Position numbers and translations under genes: made by a program | The notes under the pieces: generated by a model | Database searches by the model: none | Seen by the model: only the letters and a program-made list of their open reading frames with translations | What the model was told of the DNA's origin: nothing | Assembly (NCBI GenBank): GCA_964016885.1 | Contig: CAXHJY010001367.1 | Location: forward strand, 1-64,000 | Direction of reading: 5' to 3' | Source of the DNA: Eledone cirrhosa | Lineage: Eukaryota | Length of the DNA: 64,000 bases | In this document: piece after piece, positions 47,540-60,239 of the stretch | Position numbering within the stretch: position 1 is the first letter of the stretch | Layout: each line of letters starts with the position of its first letter

Positions 47540-47875
47540 GGAGGCACATGGCTTAGTGGTTAGAGCATTGGCCTTGCAATCGAAATGTTGTGAGTTCAAT
47601 TCTCAGACCGGGTGATGTGTTGTTTCCTTGAGCAAGACACTTTATTTCACATTGCTCCAGTTTACTCAGCTGTAGAAATGAGATGATAGGGACTGGGGTC
47701 CATATCATTCCACTGCAAAGTGGTCGTGTAGGTGCCACGGCAAAAAAGCACCCACCTCTCACTGTAAATGAAGTTGGTGTTAGGAAGGGCATCCAGCTGT
47801 AGAAATCAAGCCAGAATCTGTTCCCGTCCCACCCTTGCAAGCTGGGAAAAAGCGGACGTAAAATGAAATGATGAT
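47540..47875 (+). mobile_element. Full-length CORE-SINE copy
   Basis: Near-identical to 46642-46984. Confidence 0.9.
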
Positions 47876-48012
47876 ATATATGTATATGTATATATATATA
47901 TATGTATGTATATATATATGTATATATATATATATATATGTATGTATATATAGATGTATATATATATATATGTATGTATATATATATGTATGTATATATA
48001 GATGTATATATA

Positions 48013-49307
48013 CGAGGGGGGATCAAAAAGTTCCCGGAATTTTTCAGAAAATAATCTATTTTTCAAAAAATATGATTTACCTTCAATTTATTTTTCTTCA
48101 TAGTTGCTATCCAGGTCAATACACTTCACAAGGCGATGCTTCCAGCTTCATAAGCCGTCTCTAAAGAAAGTTGAAGGCCTTTATTGAAGCCATGTGTTGG
48201 CAGTGTTTTTAGCTTCTTCAAGACCACTAAAACGGGTTCTTTTTAGCATTTCTTTGAGTTTTGGAAAGAGGAAAAAGTCTGATGGGGCTAAATCTGGACT
48301 ATAAGGCGGGTGAGGAAGCACTTCCCATCAAAATTATATAAGAACTTCTTTTGCAACCCACGCAGAATGCGCTGGTGCATTGTCATGGTGAAACAAAATC
48401 CCACCATGAAGTTTCCCTTTTCATTTCTTGACTAATGCCTCTTTCAGCTTCCTTAAAACATTTGCATAGTAAGCTCCTGTCACAGTTCTTTGACCTTCAA
48501 GATAATCTATTAGTATCACCCCATCTGAATTCTAGAAAATGGTGGCCATCACTTTTTGATCCGACTTTTGAGATTTGAACTTGATTGGCCCCGATGATCC
48601 ACGTGGAAGCCACTGTTTTGTCTGCTGTTTGGATTCAGGATCATACTGGTAGATCCAGGTTTCATCTCCGGTGATGATTCTGGTCAGGAAATGCTCTTCA
48701 TCAACTTCAATTTGACAGATCACTTCGAAGAATCAGCTGATCAGGGCGCAACGCTTTTGGGACCCATCGTGCTGAAAGCTTGCTTAGTCCCAAATTATCG
48801 TGCAGAATTGAATTTGCTAAACCATATGAAATGTCTAGGGACTTAGCTAACTGATTAACTGTTATTCTTCGATCTTCTTCAATTAAAGTCTGAGCAGCCT
48901 CAACGTTTTGGTCATTTTTTGATGTTCCTGGTCTTCCACTGCGATGGTCGTCTTCAAGGTCATCTCTCCCTTGTTTGAATCGCTGAATCCACTTGTAGAC
49001 AGCAGTTTTCTTTGGAGCAGTAGTACCGTAAACTTTAATTAAAGCCTTCATAATCTGTGTCCCTTTCCATTTGAGTTTCACCAGAAACTTGATATTTGAT
49101 CTTATCTCAAAATAACTATTTTCCATTGTTCCAAAAAGTGGTTTTTTAAAGAGTGTCAGTACTGTACAATAGTCCGCACATAACTGACTGCAAGTGACTA
49201 ATAGCAAGGTAAACACCCAGTGACAATGTTCTGATATGTTTAATATTGTTTTAACCTGATTTTTTTCTTGCTACGATAAAATTCCGTGAACTTTTTGATC
49301 CGCCTCA
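48013..49307 (-). mobile_element. Mariner (Tc1/mariner DD34D) DNA transposon with decayed transposase
   Basis: Imperfect TIRs cgagggggg atcaaaaagttcccggaat / attccgtgaactttttgatccgcctca, flanked by TA. About 1.3 kb. Motifs ARWVPKAL, ITGDETW, HHDNAPAH, HPPYSPDLAPSDF; contains a frameshift and stop. Confidence 0.93.
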
Positions 49308-49309
49308 TA

Positions 49310-49317
49310 TATATATA

Positions 49318-49379
<62 letters not shown>

Positions 49380-49796
49380 TGTATGGATATATGTATGTGT
49401 ATATATATATATATGTATGTATATGTATGTATGTATATATATATGTATGTATGTATATGTATGTATGTATATATATATGCATGTATGTATATATATGTAT
49501 ATATATATATATGTATGTATATATATGTATATATATATGTATGTATGTATATATATATATGTATGTGTGTATATATATGTATGTATGTATATATGTATGT
49601 ATATATATATAAGTATGTACTGTATATATATGTATGTATATATGTTTATGTATATATATGTATGTATATATCTGTATATATAAATATATGTATGTATTTA
49701 TATATAGATAGGTATATATGTATGAATATATATGTATATATATGTATGTATATATGTATGTATGTATATATATGTATGTATATACATACATATATA
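49310..49796. repeat. (TATG)n/(TA)n array
   Basis: Directly visible. Confidence 0.95.
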
Positions 49797-50501
49797 TCAT
49801 CATCATCATCATCATCATCGTTTAACGTCCATGTTCCATGCTTGCATGGGTTTGGACGGGAGTTTTCCCACTTGAGGCAAGAGTGGTTGTCTTGCTCGCA
49901 TAGGACTGTCTGGTGGGTTTTCTACAGCTGGATGCCCTTCCTAACACCAACCACATTTACAGCGTGGGGCTGGGATGTTTTCACCGTGTTGCCTACACGG
50001 CCACATTACAGCGTGGACTGTGTGTTTTTTGTCGTGACATCTACACGATCTCATTTGTTTCGGCCTGGATGTTGTGGCACCAACATAACTTTACATTGAA
50101 AGGGGCGGTGTGGATGGGGTGGGGGTGGTGGGACGGGGGAGTATTTTGTTAGAGATGCCTACTGACTGTAGTAGGTTTTACTTTGTATTTAGGTAAGGTG
50201 GGTCTTCTCTATTACTGAGTACCGCCAAAGGTCTTGGTCCAGTGACATTGTCTTGGAGAGGTCTAAGCGTGTGAGGTCGGAATTTATCAGCTCGTCCCAG
50301 GTTTTTCTGGGTCTGCCTACTCTGTGGCTACCGTCTATCTTTATTGCCCTGCACTTTGTTATACAGCTGTCGTCTTTCATGCGCATCACGTGACCATACC
50401 AACGTAGCCTTCTCTCGAGTAAACAACATCTGATCCCTCTTATTTCTAATTTTTTCCTTAATTCGTTTATGCTTTGCCGTTCACGTATATTACTATTACA
50501 T
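49797..50501 (-). mobile_element. 5'-truncated RTE copy
   Basis: [17 protein letters not shown] on the minus strand; (cat)n tail. Confidence 0.92.
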
Positions 50502-50732
50502 ATATGCATGTATATACATACATACATATATATACATAGATATATATATACATATATATACATACATATATATATATATATACCTATATATATATATATG
50601 TATATATATATGTATATATATATATGTATGTATATGTATATATGTATATATATATGTATATATGTATATATATATACATATATATATATATATGATATAC
50701 ATATATATATATGATATACATATATATATATA

Positions 50733-51318
50733 TATAAAGAATTAGTATATCTACCAACATATATATACAGATGCATACCTATGCTAGCAAATATATAGGT
50801 TTTGTCTTAGTAACTTTGACAAAATTACTAAGACAAAACCGATATATTTGCTAGCATAGGTATGCATCTGTGTATATATGTTGGTAGATATACTAATTCT
50901 TTATAATTAACTCCCAATCGTTTTGTTGAGCAAAAATTTGCCAAAACTGCTACTATAGTTCATAGTAACGGCTTGGCTACTATCTTTTTAACACCCACTC
51001 CTCACAGATTAACCTCGATGTCAAGTGATTGATTCTTTTGAATTTGCCACCGACCAAGTAGGCAGTGATTTTTTCAATGTCTTGGAATTTAGTCCACGCT
51101 TGCTTTTTTCCATCCACTTAATTATTTTAGTATAAGTTCCCTGTGTCCACACATCGCCAGGTATCTTAGCTGAGAACAGACTTCCTGATGACGAAACGGC
51201 TTCTCTATGCTTTCCATTTGGAAACCATGTTTATTCCCTTTCAGAAACTAATTAGTTGGAGAGAAATTTTAGTAAGTAAGTTAATTTTTATAATTTTCTT
51301 ATTTTACGTCATTCATAT
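50733..51318 (+). mobile_element. Non-coding hammerhead element, family F, with 5' fold-back
   Basis: 50733-50818 is inverted against 50820-50905; hammerhead at 51181-51261; flanked by (TA)n. Confidence 0.75.
51181..51261 (+). ncRNA. Hammerhead with extended stem II, family F
   Basis: cttc-CTGATGA-c-gaaa..tttc-a-GAAA-ctaattag-TT-ggag: perfect core and palindromic stem III. Confidence 0.75.
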
Positions 51319-51341
51319 ATATATATATATACATATATATA

Positions 51342-51876
51342 TAGTAGCCACGGAGTAGACAGACCCAGAAAAACCTGGGACGACTTGATAAATTCCGACC
51401 TCACACACTTACACCTCTCCAAGACAATGTCACTGGACCGAGATCTTTGGCGCTACACAGTAATAGAGAAGACCTGCCTTACCTAGTACAAAGTGAAACC
51501 TATTACAGTCAGTAGGCACCTCTAACAAAATACACCCCCGTCCAACTACCCCTACTCCATCCACATCGCCTCTTTCAATGTAAAGTTATGTTGGTGCCAC
51601 AGCATCCAGCCCGAAACAAATGAGGTCGTGTAGGTGTCACGACAAAAAAACACACAGTCCACGCTGTAATGTGGCCGTGTAGGTAACACGGTAAAAACCT
51701 CCCAGTTCCACACTGTAAATGTGGTTGGTGTTAGGAAGGGTATCCAGCCGTAGAAAACTCGCCAGACAGTCCTATGCGAGCAAGACAACCACTCTTGCCT
51801 CAAGTGGGAAAACTCCCGTCCAAACCCATGCAAGCGTGGAATATGGACGTTAAACGATGATGATGATGATGATGAT
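51342..51876 (+). mobile_element. 5'-truncated RTE 3' copy
   Basis: Matches 739-1256; (GAT)n tail. Confidence 0.9.
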
Positions 51877-51879
51877 ATA

Positions 51880-52889
51880 TATACAATTGAAAAAGTGAAG
51901 AATAACATGGTCAACAGTACAAAAAAGGTATTTATTTACAGTCTGACAATTGTTTCACTAATTAAGTTGTCTAAAAATTGCTGAACACTAGAAGCAGTGC
52001 CACTCAATTTCAAATACAATGTTAGCTTAACCACATCATCGAAGATAACTGCTATATAATCGGTAATTTTACAAATTCAAATTACAACATCATTAATAAT
52101 ATTAATAATAAAGATAGAGAGAGAAAAAAGAAAGAGAGATAGAGAAAAGAAAGAAAGAAAAAAGGAAAACAGAGAAAGATATAGAGAGAAAAAAAAGACA
52201 GAGAGAAAGGAGGAGAGAAAAGGATAAAGGAGAAATAAAGGTAGAGAAAAATAAAAAATAAAGGGAAAATAATGATATCAACAATAAATGAATAAAAGAA
52301 TAAATGCTAATACATGAATAAATGCAAATAAATAAATAAGTGTTAACAAAGAAGTTACATTGAGGATGATATAAGACAATACAAAATATGAAAATAAATA
52401 AATAAAAAATGTGCGAAGAAGAGTAAACTTAGTAAAATTATTGAGAGTGGTTATAGTTTTGGTGGTTAAAATATAGAGATACAAAGGTATAAACATGATA
52501 ATGTTAAATATATTTATGTTTGTATTGGTTATTTTAATAAATTAATTATATAATTAATTAATTATTTTATTAATTAGTTGTAAGTTATATTAGAAGTGAA
52601 AATAATATAAGATAAAATACGATAAAATGCCAGAGATGAAATAAATTTAGGGAGAGAAATAGAAAGATAGAAAGTGAAAGATAGAGATATATAAAATATG
52701 AATGTAAAATATAAGAGGATATGATGTTGGTTCATTGATAGATGACAATTATAATAATAATGATGATAATAGGATATTATAATAGATCTAAGTGGTACAA
52801 TTTGAGTTATGGAATAGATTGGATGAATTAAGCTGGTCTAAAGTTCTCAAATTTGGTCGCCGTTTTATGCCTATAGAAAATAGTTCTTT

Positions 52890-52890
<1 letters not shown>
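51880..52890 (-). mobile_element. Probable Penelope-like 3' remnant (family G)
   Basis: Minus strand IKELFSIGIKRRPNL resembles a GIY-YIG C-terminus, followed by a pyrimidine/AT-rich UTR and a hammerhead-like fold. Confidence 0.45.
51940..52050 (-). ncRNA. Degenerate hammerhead with long stem II, family G
   Basis: Minus strand tct-TCGATGA-tgtggttaag..cttaattagt-GAAA-caattg-TC-aga. Confidence 0.55.
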
Positions 52891-52921
<31 letters not shown>

Positions 52922-52968
52922 CATATGTATGTATATATATATATGTATGCATATATATATGTATGTAT

Positions 52969-55900
52969 ATCATCATCATCGTCGTTTAACGTCTATCTTC
53001 CACGCTAGCATGGGTTTAGACGGGAATTGTCCCACTTGAGGCAAGATTGGTCGTCTCGCTCCTATAGGACTGTCTGGCAGGTTTTCTACGGCTGGATGCC
53101 CTTCCTAACACCAACCACGTTTACAGTGTGGGCTGGGAGGTTTTTACTGTGTTACCTACATGGCCACATTACAGCGTGGACTGTGTGTTTTTTTGTTGTG
53201 ACACCTACATGACCACATTTATTTTGGACTGGATGTTGTGGTACCAACATAACTTTACAGAGAGAGGGTGGTGTTGGTGGGAGTGGGGGATGGAGTAGGG
53301 GTAGTGGGGTGGGGGTGTATATTTGGTTAAGAGGTGCCTACTGACTGTAGGTTTCGCTATGTACATAGGCAAGGCGGGTCTTCTGTATTACTGCGTACTG
53401 CCAAAGATCTCGGTCCAGTGACATTGTCTTGGAGAGGTGCAAGTGTGTAAGGTCGGAATTTATCAAATCGTCCCAGGTTTTTCTGGGTCTACCTACTCCG
53501 TAACTTCCATCAATTTTGATCGCCCTGCACTTTTTTATTCAGCTGTCGTCTTTCATGCGCATCACGTGACCATACCAACGTAGTCTTCTGTCGAGTAACC
53601 AGCACCTGATACCTCTTATTCCTAATTTCTCACTTAATTCATTTATGCTTTGCCGTTCACGTCTATTACTGTTACACATCCAGCAGAGCATGCATGCTTC
53701 ATTCTTCTCCAGTCTGCGCAGATCCTCTGCACACAATGCCCATGTCTCATTGTCATGTAACATTGTTGTTTGTATGCACGCATCAAACAATCTGCCTTTC
53801 ATTTTTAGAGAGAACCCTTTAGTGGCCAATAGTGGTATAAGCTCTCTGAACTTTTTCCATCCCGTTCTGACTCTGGCTACTGTACTTTCAGAGCACCCTC
53901 TACCACTGCTGATCTTGTCACCCAGGTAATGGAAGGTGTCCACTATTTCTATAGAACCATCTGGGCAATAGAAGGAACTAGTATCCTTGCTACTTATTGC
54001 ACCTGATCATTGGCCACATATAAAATCTATGTTCTTAGATAGCTTACCTGTGATCTCACTACATCTTTTATGTACCCATAGTTTGCATTTGGGACATAAA
54101 ATGGAATTTCTACCTACTCCTTTCCTACAGACTGAACATGGTCATTTCCCAGAGGGCACCTGTGCCCTATTTTCCTTTCTACATACTACAAGTTAACTTT
54201 AAGGCCTTTTGGATCTAGGCCATGCTTCCATGTTTGGAATTTCTTCTCTAGTTCAGCCATAGATTCGTCTATGAGCGTTAGATCATCTGCGTATAGAAGT
54301 TCCCATGGGTAGCTGGTCTTGAACTCTTCTGTTATAGCATGAAGGGCAATAATAAATAGGAGGGGGCTAAGAACAGAGCCTTGATGAACACCAACTTTTA
54401 CACTAAATTCTTCACTATATTCGTTGTTAATTCTAACCTTACTGACTGTTTCTTTATACATGGTTTGTATAGCTCTCACAAGCCATTCATCAACACCTAG
54501 TTTTCTAAGAGCCCACCAGATAATGGAGTGGGGGACTCTGTCAAAGGCTTTCTCCGAGTCAACAAAAGCTAAGTAGAGGGGTTTACTTTTAGCTAGGTAC
54601 TTCTCTCGTAGTTGTCGTACAAGGAAAAGAGCGTCTGTGGTACTTTTACCTGACGCAAACCCAAACTGCATTTCATCTAGATCAATACGCTCTCTGATTA
54701 GTTGCGCTATAACTCTTTCTGTGACCTTCATGACCTGGTCAACTAACTTAATGCCTCTATAGTTTCCCCTATCTAGAGCATCCCCTTTACCCTTGTAGCA
54801 GTTAATGATGCTGCTGCTACGACAGTCATTTGGTATGACCCCATTCTGTATTACTTGGTTTACTATCTGGGTGACCATAGTATGTCCCACCATTCCAGAT
54901 GCTTTCAACATCTCAGCAACTATCTCTGAAGGCCCAGCTGCCTTGCCTGTCTTCATATCTTTGATTGCCTTACTTATTATACTACCTTCAGCTTGCACCG
55001 CTGGTCCTTCTATTGGATCGATTTGGGGCAGACTATCTTTTTCACATTTATTCTCCTCCTTTAGTAATCTCTCGTAGTGACACTTCCAAGCTACCTTCTT
55101 ATCAGTATCAGTGAGGGCAAGTACACCCTTATCATTTGGGACACACTTCTCCCCGACAATATCACGGTTTTCCTTGACACATTGTCTATCAATCCTGAAC
55201 ACCTCACGTTTTTGGTCCTGACATTGTAGAACATGCTTGAACTTTCTATCCTCTGCTTCCCTTCTTGCAAAGTACACTTGTCTCCTAGCTTCTCTCCTGG
55301 CCACTTTATAGTGTTCTCTACTTCCCCCATCCTGCCATACTTTCCAAGCCTGCTTTTTGGCCTTGATTGTCTCCGCCACCTTACTGTTCCACTACCAAGT
55401 TACTCTCCTCCTGCCAATAGGTCTGCTCCAGCTACAGATTTCATCCGTCGCCTTCAGCATTCAAGAATTCCCACTGTTCCTCTATATTTGATATCTCTAA
55501 TTGCTCTTCCTTACTGTCAAAAGCATCAAGTAATAAGCTTTTAAATTTGTCACTGGCTGTGGGGTCCTTCAACTTCCATATCCTTCTCCTCAAGGTAGTC
55601 TTCCTCTGTCGTCGAGTACGTCTATTCCTGACTATGAGGTCACTAACTACTAGGCTATATTGCGGGGTACATTCTTCACGGGGGAGGGATTTAGTGTTTA
55701 CAACAGACACTCTGTCACGTCTTCTAGTAAGGATATAATCTATCTGGCTGGGGTGTTCCCCTGATCTATAGGTGATCAAGTGATTGTCTCATTTTTTGAA
55801 GTTTGTGTTACAGATAGTTAGGTTATTAGGGTCACAGAATTCCAGGATTCTGAAGCCTTCCTCATTTCTATTACCAAACCCATAGCCTCCATGGATTCCA

Positions 55901-56620
55901 TCATAGCCATCACTATGTTGTCGAATGTGACCATTTAGGTCGCCAGCAATAATTAAGTAGTCGCTGTCGGTTATTTGGGAAGTAGTGTGCATTAGCGACT
56001 CATAGAACCCCCTCCTTTATACCGTCAGGTAGACCAGATTGGGGTGCATAAGCGGATATTATTGTCACAGTAGTTCTATTTAGAACTAGTCTTATTTTAA
56101 TTATTCTGTCATTCACTCTATTTACAGCAATTACCTTATCTACCCATTTTTCAGTTAACATAATTCCTCCTCCACCCAGCCCATTGTCATTTCCCATCCA
56201 GAAAAGTTTATAGCATCGTTTTTTACCCACAATGAATCTAGCAGACCCACCTCTCCACCTAGTCTCTTGGACACAACAAACATCAACTTCCTTACGTTCA
56301 AGCATCTCTACAACCTCATTTGAGCGACCTTTCAATGTGCCTACGTTCATGGTACCAACTCTGAAGTTGGGTGGGTGGGTGGAATGGATGGGTTTGAGAG
56401 GCAGGGAGGGGTGTGGAAGACGAAACTATGTTGGTCTCCCATGTCTGAAATAAAGAGGGGTCCTTGCATTCTCGTCCTGCAGCAGGAGGTGAATTTATCT
56501 TTATCTGTGACATTGTCATTGAGTTTTCAGATTTTCCAAATTCCGCAGTCCACCTAGCAAACTGAAAAACAACCAGGTCTAAACTTAAGGAGTAATAACC
56601 GAGGTGGTGGCTTTGCTATA
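52969..56620 (-). mobile_element. Near full-length older RTE LINE copy (APE + RT + PHD-like finger), frameshifted
   Basis: ORFs 56000-56350, 55789-55992, 55441-55779, 54186-55379 and 53539-53943 are homologous to 38322-41898. The 5' boundary is uncertain. Confidence 0.92.
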
Positions 56621-56983
56621 CAGATTTGTAAGAGAACTTACTATAAACCGCTGAGTTATGATTGGACCAAATAGCAATGGTGGTGTGTGGGGGAATGAGG
56701 GCGGGAAATGAGTAACTTTAGGAGATCTTCTGAAACTAGTTAGTTTCAGAAGATCCTGTTAAGGGTGAAAGCAGCGATTCTTTGCTCAAACTTTAATCTG
56801 TTATTTTAATAAATATTTGCTCTACGGTTCTTATATATTTGATATATATTTATCCGTATCGAGCCCTCTTTGGATTTTAGTCTTGAAATTTATTATTATT
56901 AATTATATATATATGTATATATATATATATATGTATGTATATATGTATGTATATAAATATGTATATATGTATATATATATATA

Positions 56984-57195
56984 TCATCATCATCATCATC
57001 ATCACTGTTTTACGTCCGTCCTTCCACGCTAGCATGGGTTAGACGGGTTGTCCTGTTGTGGGCAGTAGCCGGTCGGTTGACCTTGTCTTGCTCATACAGG
57101 AACTGATTCTGGCTTGATTTCTACAGCTGGATGTCCTTCCTAACATCAACCTCATTTAAAGTGAGTGCTGGGTGCTTTTTTTTCGTGGCGCCTAA
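56984..57195 (-). mobile_element. RTE-type 3' tail fragment
   Basis: Matches 14798-15010. Confidence 0.75.
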
Positions 57196-57214
57196 CGCCC
57201 ATTTTACAATGTAA

Positions 57215-59695
57215 AATGGCAGGCCTAGGTAAAGAAGAGAAAGACTGCTTTTATGAGCAACTTTTACGAACAGCCTCAATGACAGGACGGAGACATCGTT
57301 ATGCTAGCAGGGGACTTCAATGGACACGTTGGACAGCTCCAGGATGGATACACTGGGGTACATGGTGGGCACGGTTATGGCTCAAGAAATGAAGGAGTGG
57401 GGCTTCTTGAATTTTGTGATGCAAATGCACTAACCATTTGCAACACTAACTTCCAGAAGCCTACCAACCACCTAATAACCTACAAATCAGGCGAGCACAT
57501 AAGCCAGATTGACTTCCTGTTAGTTAGACAGCGAGACAGACAGATGGTGTCAAATATTAAGGCATACCCCGGGGAAGAATGTACCCCACAGTATAGGTTA
57601 GTCGTTAGTGACATCTCAGTAAGCAAGAGAAAGAATGAGACATACAGGAAGGTGTGGAAAAGAAAAGCCCTTCAAGATGTGTATGACGGAAAAGAAGATG
57701 ATTTAGAGTTGTATGATAACTGGAATTTCTTGGTGACAACTTACTGCAGGCTACTGAAGAAACTTGTGGTTGGGGCAGAGCTTCAATCAGACAGAGAGTG
57801 ACCTGGTGGTGGAACAGCACAGTAGATAGGGCCATTAGAGACAAAAGACTGACATGGAAGGCTTGGAAAAATGGTGGAAGGACACACAGCCGCTAAGAGA
57901 GAAGCTAGACGTCAGGTCTACTTAGCACGCAGGGAGGCTGATAGTAGGAGGTTTGCCAGTGTTCTGCGATGGGTCCGGAATGATGCCAGTGTACTTAGTG
58001 TCACGAATGATCAAAAAAAGGAGGCCTGGAAATGTCATTATGAGAGACTGATGAATGTGGAAAACGAATGGGAGAGAGAGAAATTACCCCCAGTAGACCT
58101 GGCAGAGGGACCAGCTATTGAGATTGATGAATATAGGATACAAGGGGCAATTAAGGAAATGAAGAATGGTAAGGCTGCTGGACCGTCGGGGATAGTTGCT
58201 GAGATGCTGAAGACATCAGGAGAAGTAGGCACTAAACTGGTTGCACACATCATTAATCAAGCTATATATGATGGTGTCATACCCAAAGACTGGTGCAGCA
58301 GTATTCTCATAAATTGCTACAAAGGTAAAGGGGATGCTCTGGAGAGGAGAAATTATAGGGGCATAAAGCTGATGGATCAGGTTATGAAAGTGGCAGAGAG
58401 AATATTAGTGCAACTGATTAGAGAAAGGGTCAAATTAGATGAGATGCAGTTTGGTTTTGTGCCTGGGAAAAGTACAACAGTTGCCCTCTTCTTAGTGAGA
58501 CAACTACAAAAGAGGTTCTTAGTAAAGAATAAACCACTATACTTAGCTTTTGTTGACCTAGAGAAGGCCTTTGATAGGGTACCCCGATCTGTCATCTGGT
58601 GGTCCCTAAAGAAACTAGGTGGAGAGGAATGGTTTGTGAGGACTGTGAAAGCTATGTAGAGAGGTGCTGCCAGTAAAGTGAGAGTAGGAATGGAGTTTAG
58701 TGAGGAATTCCAGATACAAGTAGGTCTACATCAGGGTTCGGTCCTCAGCCTGCTCTTGTTCATTATAGTCTTCCAAGCCATAACAGAGGAATTTAAGACT
58801 GGCTGCCCATGGGAACTTCTCTATGCTGATGATCTGGTTCTTATAGCAGAATCAGTAGAGGAGCTAGAGAATAAATTCTGGCTGTGGAAACAGCAGTTGG
58901 AATCAAGAGGTCTGAGAGTGAACCTAGCTAAGACAAAAGTGTTGATAAGTAGAAGATAGGACAATACTCCGATTCCATCAGGGAAATGGCCATGTTCAAT
59001 ATGTAGGAAAGGAACTGGCATAAATTCCATAAAATGTACACAATGCAGATCTTGGGTACACAGGAGATGTAGTGGGATAGCAGGCAAACTAACAGGTAGG
59101 GAAATCTATGTATGCAGTAGATGTACAGGGAAAGTTGGCAGTAGTAATCACAGTAATAGACACATTTTTCCAATGCAAGTGGGTTCTATAGAAGTGATTG
59201 ATAGCTTCCGGTACCTAGGTGATCAGATTAGCATGGGTGGGGGGTGGGGGCTGTTCTGAGGCCATAGTATCTAGAATAAGGACGGTTATATGATGCCTGT
59301 GTGAGATGCGGGATGCTGCATGGTAGTGAGACATGGGCAGCAACTGCAGAAGATATGCGACGGGTGGAGAGAAATGAGGCAAGCACGCTCCGTTGGATGT
59401 GCAATGTCAATGTGCGTGAACAACCAAGCACAGATGAGTTGAGAAAGAAACTGGGTATAAGAGGGTTAAGTTGTGGTGTGCAGGAGATGGTATGGACATG
59501 TGATGCGCATGGAGGATGACCAATGGGTAAAGAACTGCCAAGAGATCCCAGTAGAAGGAAGACGCAGTAGAGGTAGATCATGAAAAACATGGCCGGAGGT
59601 GGTGAGAGCAGACCTGTGATCGCTGAAACTTATGGAGGAGATGATGAAGGACCAAGACAAGTGGAGAGATGCTGTGCTGAATAGGACCCATTGGG
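57215..59695 (+). pseudogene. Diverged RTE LINE (sister subfamily), decayed
   Basis: AGDFNGH, NYRGIKL, AFVDLEKAFD, YADD, GKWPCSICRK..CTQC..WVHRRC and LHGSETW, with many stops and frameshifts. Confidence 0.88.
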
Positions 59696-60239
59696 GGACG
59701 CCTGACTGGAAGCAGAAGGATAGGGGCGACCTGAGGGACCAAGCGGTGGACATCGGTCACTTGGCTGTTGGTACCGTGAGGAGATGTGTCGTGTGAAGAT
59801 AGATGCTGTTGGAAGTACCCCACGTGGGCGGTGGAACGAGTGATAGAAAGACGCAAGGTAAGTCCGAATGCCTCCGGCTACAGGATTTTTGCCACAGCTA
59901 GAGGAAAAAGAAGGAAATTGAAGGCCTATGCACACATAGGGCCACACATGGCTTTGCTGAGCTGTATCCTCAAGGAAAAGGAGACCAAAGAGGAAGAAGA
60001 CAAAGAAAAGAAAAAAAAAAAACATTGGCCACAAAGGGTCTTCAGACGCACAGATGGAGTTGAGAGCAACCACAAATGAGATGGCCGGCAACGCAGTCAG
60101 GGAAGACAGACAGGGCGAACAACAGGAATATGGTAAAGATAGAACAAGGAACCACCAGACAAAGAAGGGAACCTGAGCAGAGAGTGACCAGTGGGCAACT
60201 GTCCAAGTGAAGAACAAAACAAGATACTGAGACCCTGGG

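Noticed and set aside
56722-56790. Hairpin gatcttctgaaacta/tagtttcagaagatc followed by cagaaga-tcct..aggg-tgaaa
   Set aside because: Hammerhead-like fragments, but no valid stem III/UH site or stem I; not supportable.
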